Shown here in pieces: positions 59,546-64,000 of a DNA stretch of 64,000 bases; positions within the stretch are counted from its first letter, which is position 1, and the number at the start of each line of letters is the position of its first letter. Below the pieces are notes generated by a model. The model did not search any database. It was not told the origin of the DNA and saw only the letters and a program-made list of their open reading frames with translations. The DNA is from Longimicrobiales bacterium. GTDB lineage: Bacteria; Gemmatimonadota; Gemmatimonadetes; Longimicrobiales; Gaopeijiaceae. The translations under genes and the position numbers were made by a program. Location of the stretch: assembly GCA_965226625.1 (NCBI GenBank), contig CBDDDK010000001.1:36910-100909 (forward strand), read 5' to 3'.

Positions 59546-59728
59546 CTGCTACCTTCCTTCAGCGGATGCCTCGGTTGGTGCCTTATCCAATGTAGCTGCT
59601 CCGCTATCTCTTCAGAAGCATTGGCTCCCGCCCGAATCTTCTCCCGGTCGAGCTTCGATTTCAGATTGGGGGCGTACACATGAAGGCATGCGCTCAAGAC
59701 GTGGCGTAGGTCGGCAGAGCGCGAGATC

Positions 59729-59801
59729 CTACAGCAACACCAGCGGCAGCCCCAGCGCAAACAGCACGCTCACCGATCATCACGTTCACGAAGCCCATCG
59801 A
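59729..59801 (-). repeat. Repeat copy 2 of the BatA_N-like stub (itself frameshifted)
   Basis: MGFVNVMI then, after a +1 shift, VSVLFALGLPLVLL*. Homology to copy 1 ends at the same TAG. Confidence 0.5.
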
Positions 59802-59853
59802 ACGGGAGGCGTGCTTTTCAACGTCGGTGAGGCGGAGGAGGAAGCCGACACCT

Positions 59854-61044
59854 CTACCGCATGAAGATGCTCTTCGGTATGAACCCGGTGACCACTTGGG
59901 TCAGATCGACGACCTCGCTGACGCGGAAGTCGACAGCGACGCTGGCAAGCGAGAGTGCCTTTGCCGCGGAGAGCCCCTTCTCGGTCACCAGGAAGTCGAC
60001 GACCTCCCATGTGGCATGTCGCGTGGCGCGGTCAAGATCGAGGTCGATTCCCATGATGAGGTAGTGCGTGTCGTTCTCGGCACGCGGTCCCGAGATGCTC
60101 ACGTCCTTGTGGACGACGAAGCGGAACGTGGCTGTCAGCGACTGCTCGATCGCAGTGCCGCTCACCTCCCCGTCCCCCTGTGCTCCGTGCGGATCGCCCA
60201 CGTAGAAGAGCGCTCCGGGATGAAAGACCGGCAGGTAGACTGTCGTTCCGGCGGTGAGGTCCTTGACGTCGAGATTGCCGCCGAAGGCTCCTGGCGGACG
60301 GGAGCTCTGCACACCCGGGACGGACACGCCGGGCTCGCCCACCACAGGATCGGGCGCGACCGCGACGATCCCCATGAACGGCGCGAGCGGCACCTGGATA
60401 TCCGGCGAGAAGAACGCGACCTCCCGCCCATCGACCTCGCCGGTCCGAATCACGTGTCGTCCCTGAGCGATGTCGAGCTCCGGGTCGTCGTCATCGAAGC
60501 CGGGATAGTCCTGCGAGAACACCCCACCCCTGGCACTCGTGTTGTTGATGTCCCAGGGCACACGCGTCTGGATGTCCAGAATCTGCACTTCCAGCATGTC
60601 GCCGGGCTCGGCGCCCTCGACGTAGACGGGGCCCGTGATGACGTGCCCGCTGCGCCCCTCTCGTGGACGCCCGTCTCTCGAGGCCCAGAAGTCCAGGACG
60701 TCCTGCAGGATCTCGTCGCGTGGAATGCCGAGTCCGGTGAGGTAGGCGACGGGCTCCTCGCGCTGGGTCGCCCCCGCGTGCGTCACCGTGTTGATGCGAA
60801 CCGTTTGGCCGGACTGGATGGTCACAACGGGTTCTTTGTCGATCGGGTACCAGCCCCAGCTCACGGTCTCCGGTCGCGAAGGCACGAAGTGGTCGGCCTC
60901 GACGGCTTGGTCCTGCTGCGCAGCGTCTCCGGGAGCGACGCACGCCGCGGTCGCGAGCACGAGCACAATCGCCACGCTCAGAGCCGAAACCTCGCCCCAG
61001 AACAAGCTGCCCTCCCGCCAAACGGTGAGATCGGACTGACTCAT
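59854..61044 (-). CDS. Acetamidase/formamidase-family amidohydrolase, secreted
   Basis: ATG 61044 has a GGAGGA Shine-Dalgarno. Signal ..ALSVAIVLVLATAAC. Family blocks GPVYVEGAEPGDMLEV, GGNLDVKDLTAGTTVYLPV and FYVGDPHGAQGDGEVSGTAIE. The antisense ORF 59827..61104 is an artefact. Confidence 0.85.
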   Translation of the reverse strand: MSQSDLTVWREGSLFWGEVSALSVAIVLVLATAACVAPGDAAQQDQAVEADHFVPSRPETVSWGWYPIDKEPVVTIQSGQTVRINTVTHAGATQREEPVAYLTGLGIPRDEILQDVLDFWASRDGRPREGRSGHVITGPVYVEGAEPGDMLEVQILDIQTRVPWDINNTSARGGVFSQDYPGFDDDDPELDIAQGRHVIRTGEVDGREVAFFSPDIQVPLAPFMGIVAVAPDPVVGEPGVSVPGVQSSRPPGAFGGNLDVKDLTAGTTVYLPVFHPGALFYVGDPHGAQGDGEVSGTAIEQSLTATFRFVVHKDVSISGPRAENDTHYLIMGIDLDLDRATRHATWEVVDFLVTEKGLSAAKALSLASVAVDFRVSEVVDLTQVVTGFIPKSIFMR

Positions 61045-61099
61045 CTCGGTAGTCCTCCTAGGCGAAGGCGGAAGTCGAACCGCCAAGTCCGGGGCGCGG

Positions 61100-61141
61100 C
61101 CTAACGTCTCGCGACTCTAATATGAGGCCAGCATGGTGACC
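61100..61141 (-). promoter_or_regulatory. Conserved 42-nt promoter-like element, copy C
   Basis: Minus strand: GGTCACCATGCTGGCCTCATATTAGAGTCGCGAGACGTTAGG, 56 nt upstream of the formamidase ATG. Confidence 0.4.
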
Positions 61142-61842
61142 CGAGGCGCAAGCCGCAAGACGAGTGCTCCGGGCCGCTACGGCTCCGAGCACGGAGATTA
61201 GCAGCGCGGTGAACTCGAGTGGCGGTCGGTAGTTGGACACCCGACGATCGCCATGCCTGCTAAGACCTGCCTTTCTGAGGAAGGTCCGCTCGCCGACCCA
61301 GGTCGAGCCGTGCCGCGCTTGCTGCGAACTACGTAACCCCACGTATATAGCTGTCGCCTCTTGGCATGTACTGTGGGTGAGACGACCCACTCGGACGGTC
61401 CGGAAAGATGGGAGCTATGAGAAAAAGACGCCGCACCGCCACAGGTCCTGCACACTCGGTTGCCATTGCACTCATCTGCATCTTCGGTGGTCCTCCGACC
61501 GAGATGGTAGCACAGGAGCCACTGCCGCAGGGTGCTCGGGTAAGGGTGACGGCCCCCGACTGCGAGCTTCGCGGGCAAGCGAAAACATATCAGGCGTTCC
61601 GTGGTGACATGCTCGTCTTTCTCACGACCGAATGTCCACTGGTTTCCGTCACGAGGCTGGATGTGCACCGGGGACAAAAAAGGCGCTTAGCGAAGGGCGC
61701 CTTGCTCGGGGGTCTTGGGGGTATAGCCGCGGGAGTGTTCCTTGGCGCTGCGTGGTACGACTTCTGCGTGGATTGGTCTTGCAACCAGGTTGGGTTTGCA
61801 GCGCTGGGGGTTCTCCTTGGTGGCGCTGCCGGTACGCTCCTC

Positions 61843-63190
61843 TTTAGCGCCCCCGATTTCTCTGGACAGTAGATTGGCAAAGACAGCGGGTCCAGAGAGA
61901 AAGGGACGTGATGGCCCAGAAGCCGAGGGAGAACAAGGCGACCGAAGGTCGTGAGAAGGTACCCGAGCGGTGGAGTGCCCAGCAGAAAACGGAGGTGGTG
62001 CTGCGCCTGCTACGGGGTGAGGACCTGGTGGAGGTCAGCCGCGAGGTACAGGTCTCACCGCCGGAGCTGGAGGAATGGCGGCGGGTGTTCCTGGAGACCG
62101 GTCAGCAGGGACTGAGACGCCGGGGCCGAGACCCTGGAGAACGGGAGCTGACCCGGACCCGGGCGAAGCTGGGAGAGTTGACGATGCGACTGGAGCTTGC
62201 GAGAGAACTCTTGGAAAAAAGGGGGTACGGGGACGAGCTGGAGAAGCTCTTGAAGCGCGGACGCGGGTGAGTCCGGGGACAGGGCGGCTCTACCCTCTGA
62301 CGATGATCTGCGAGGTCTGGCGGGTGGGGCGCTCGACGGTCTACGCGGCCCGAGATCGAGAAGAGAGCGACGGGCCGGCAGGGCTGAAGAAGCGAGGACC
62401 GAAGACGAAGCTGAGCGACGAGGAGTTGGTGGAGGAGATCCGACAGGTGCTGAAGGAGAGCGACTTCCTGGGCGAAGGCCATCGGAAGGTCCGGGCCCGT
62501 CTGAGAGCCAAGGGGATCGGTGTGGGCAAGAACCGCGTGCTGCGGCTGATGCGGGAGAATGGGCTGCTGGCCCCCGTACGGCGCGGAAAGCACCCGCGTG
62601 GGGACCGGAGCCACAGCGGCCGGATCACGACGGATGTGCCGAACGAGCTGTGGGGTACGGACGCGACGCGGTTCTACACGAAGGAGGATGGGTGGTGCTG
62701 GTTCTTCGTGGCGGTGGATCACTGCGTCACAGACGTGGTGGGCTGGCACGTGGCGAAGAAGGGCGATCGGTGGGCAGCGCTCGAGCCGATCCGCCAGGGT
62801 GTACGAACCCACATGGACGGCTACGCGCCCAAGATCGCTCTGGGGCTCGGCCTACGGCACGACTGGGGCCCTCAGTACACCGCCCATCAGTTCCAAGGAG
62901 AGCTGGCCTGGCTCGGGATCCGCTCGACGGCCTCGTACGTAGGAGAGCCGGAGTGCAACGGCGTCGCGGAACGCTTCATGCGGACGCTGAAGGAAGAGTG
63001 CCTGTACCTCCACGACTTCGAGAGCCTCGAGGAGGCCAGGCAGGAGATCGATGCGTTCATCGAACGCTACAACCGCGGGTGGCTCCTGGAGCGGCACGGG
63101 TATCGGACCCCGGCCCAGGTCCGTCAGGAGCTCACCCTGAAGGCGGCATGATTAGGCCGCCGACTTGTCCAGGAAACCGGAACCGGTACA
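61843..63190 (+). mobile_element. IS3-family insertion sequence (1348 bp), copy 2
   Basis: Appears identical to the 52627-53974 copy (encoded proteins identical; ends compared by eye), in opposite orientation. Flanked by a 4-bp direct repeat CCTC (61839-61842 and 63191-63194). Confidence 0.85.
61908..63151 (+). CDS. IS3-family transposase OrfA/OrfAB
   Basis: orfA is 61908-62270. The orfB frame is -1 relative to orfA. GAAAAAAG at 62214-62221 lies in the overlap. The proteins are identical to copy 1. Confidence 0.85.
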
Positions 63191-63485
63191 CCTCGGGGCT
63201 GGAGTCGGTGCCTTGATAACGTCCGACCGCTGGGAGGAGGTCCCCCTCGAGGGACTGGTGGTGAGCCTCGCCCCACAGCGTGACGGTCGGCCTGCGCTCG
63301 GGTTCTCGGTCGGGTTCTAAGCCGATCGAATCAGTCTCGATATGCCCCGGGGGTGGCTCGGTCGCCATATTCGTACGAAGCACTAGGTCTTCCTGCCCGC
63401 AGAGGGTACATGCGCTCGTTCTCTCAAGCCGTCTCTCCCACCCGGATCGCCACGGCCTTGGGGATCGCGGCGCTGCTCGCTTCCA

Positions 63486-64000
63486 GTGGGTAAAGCGTTC
63501 AAGGATGCGTTCAACGACGAGTTGATCGACAGCATCTCGCTTCACCTCTCGCGGGCGTGGGCCGACTTCGACACGGACCACTTCGAGCGGCTCGCCAAGG
63601 ACGGTCTGGGCGAGCTCGAGCTCAAGGCTCGTGCGGCTCACATCGGCGGAGCGCTGCTCGCCACCCTACCCACGGACTTCGAGGTCGCTGCGACCATCAT
63701 CGAGCACAGCCTCGATCCCGACGTCGAGGCGGCGATTTCTGCGGACGGCATGGACGGTAGAGGCATCCGCGGCTGGGCCATCATGCCGCTCGGGTGGTTC
63801 GTCGCCGAGCGGGGCATCTCGACCCCGGAACGAGGCCTCCGGACCCTCAGCGCTCTCACAAAGCGCTTCACCTCCGAGGACCCGATCCGACGGTTCATCG
63901 TCGAACATCCGGAGCTGGCCCTCGCGACCCTGACCGAGTGGGTGAAAGATGAGAACCACCACGTCCGTCGTCTCGTGTCGGAAGGAACGCGCCCCCGACT
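63486..64000 (+). CDS. DNA alkylation repair protein (AlkD-like HEAT-repeat family), N-terminal part; runs off the window
   Basis: Not in the ORF track because it has no stop in the window. Manual translation from GTG 63486: (M)GKAFKDAFNDELIDSISLHLSRAWADFDTDHFERLAKDGLGELELKARAAHIGGALLATLP...GIRGWAIMPLGWFVAERG...LTKRFTSEDPIRRFIVEHPELALATLTEWVKDENHHVRRLVSEGTRPR. Confidence 0.75.
   Translation, partial: MGKAFKDAFNDELIDSISLHLSRAWADFDTDHFERLAKDGLGELELKARAAHIGGALLATLPTDFEVAATIIEHSLDPDVEAAISADGMDGRGIRGWAIMPLGWFVAERGISTPERGLRTLSALTKRFTSEDPIRRFIVEHPELALATLTEWVKDENHHVRRLVSEGTRPR

Larger units (their letters stand above)
61408..63320 (+). pseudogene. Hypothetical secreted/glycine-zipper protein interrupted by an IS
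   Basis: Joining 61408-61842 to 63195-63320 (one CCTC duplication removed) restores a 186-aa ORF: ...GFAALGVLLGGAAGTLLGAGVGALITSDRWEEVPLEGLVVSLAPQRDGRPALGFSVGF*. Confidence 0.6.

Noticed and set aside
63132-63641. 169-aa minus-strand ORF overlapping the IS end and the restored hypothetical gene
   Set aside because: Its C-terminus (..YRFRFPGQVGGLIMPPSG) is just the translated IS terminal repeat, and the same peptide appears at 52640-52685. The rest overlaps better-supported plus-strand coding sequence.
1-64000. CRISPR arrays, rRNA genes, intact tRNA genes, prophage structural genes, recognisable defence systems
   Set aside because: I saw no regularly spaced short direct repeats, no rRNA-like conserved stretches and no full cloverleaf. 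Apart from higBA, no ORFs carry nuclease, helicase or methylase-type defence signatures. Absence is judged by eye only.

Overview
This is a high-GC bacterial chromosomal segment from a diderm organism, judging by prepilin-type minor pilins, lipobox lipoproteins and an Omp85-like barrel. I cannot assign a taxon from sequence alone.

Positions 1 to about 47.9 kb look like chromosomal backbone:
- a translationally coupled solute-symporter operon;
- a type IV minor-pilin operon (FimT/GspH, PilV, PilW, PilX-like) preceded by a G14 tract;
- a large GAF protein;
- a CarF/PEDS1-type desaturase coupled to a fatty-acid-hydroxylase-family gene;
- a menF-menD-menB-menA-menE menaquinone operon;
- several lipoproteins and TolB-like propellers, and two amidases;
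- a tightly coupled FAS-II-like operon (SDR, KAS III, FabA, FabZ, KAS I/II, ACP, LPLAT acyltransferase) followed by a DegT aminotransferase and a polyprenyl-phosphate sugar transferase;
- a redox/stress set (OsmC, DoxX, MDR oxidoreductase), an acetolactate synthase - aldehyde dehydrogenase - NAD(P)HX epimerase operon, and an ECF sigma/anti-sigma pair.

Positions about 47.9 to 63.4 kb are an IS-riddled accessory region:
- a truncated IS407-like IS3 element and higBA;
- an ankyrin-repeat gene and a DinB-like gene;
- a DtxR/MntR-family regulator split by two different IS3-family insertions 23 bp apart;
- a Tat-secreted multicopper oxidase and a ZIP-family transporter;
- a stretch of gene remnants (cimA/leuA-like stub, tRNA-Val 5-prime half, decayed hybrid histidine kinase);
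- a formamidase, and a second identical copy of one IS.

The window ends in a DNA-alkylation-repair gene.

The two most interesting candidates are the FAS-like/acyltransferase/aminotransferase/sugar-transferase cluster and the CarF-type ether-lipid desaturase module. A further pattern is many nonsense, frameshift and IS disruptions that hit only accessory genes.

Many long ORFs in the supplied track are antisense or off-frame artefacts of high GC and are not called.
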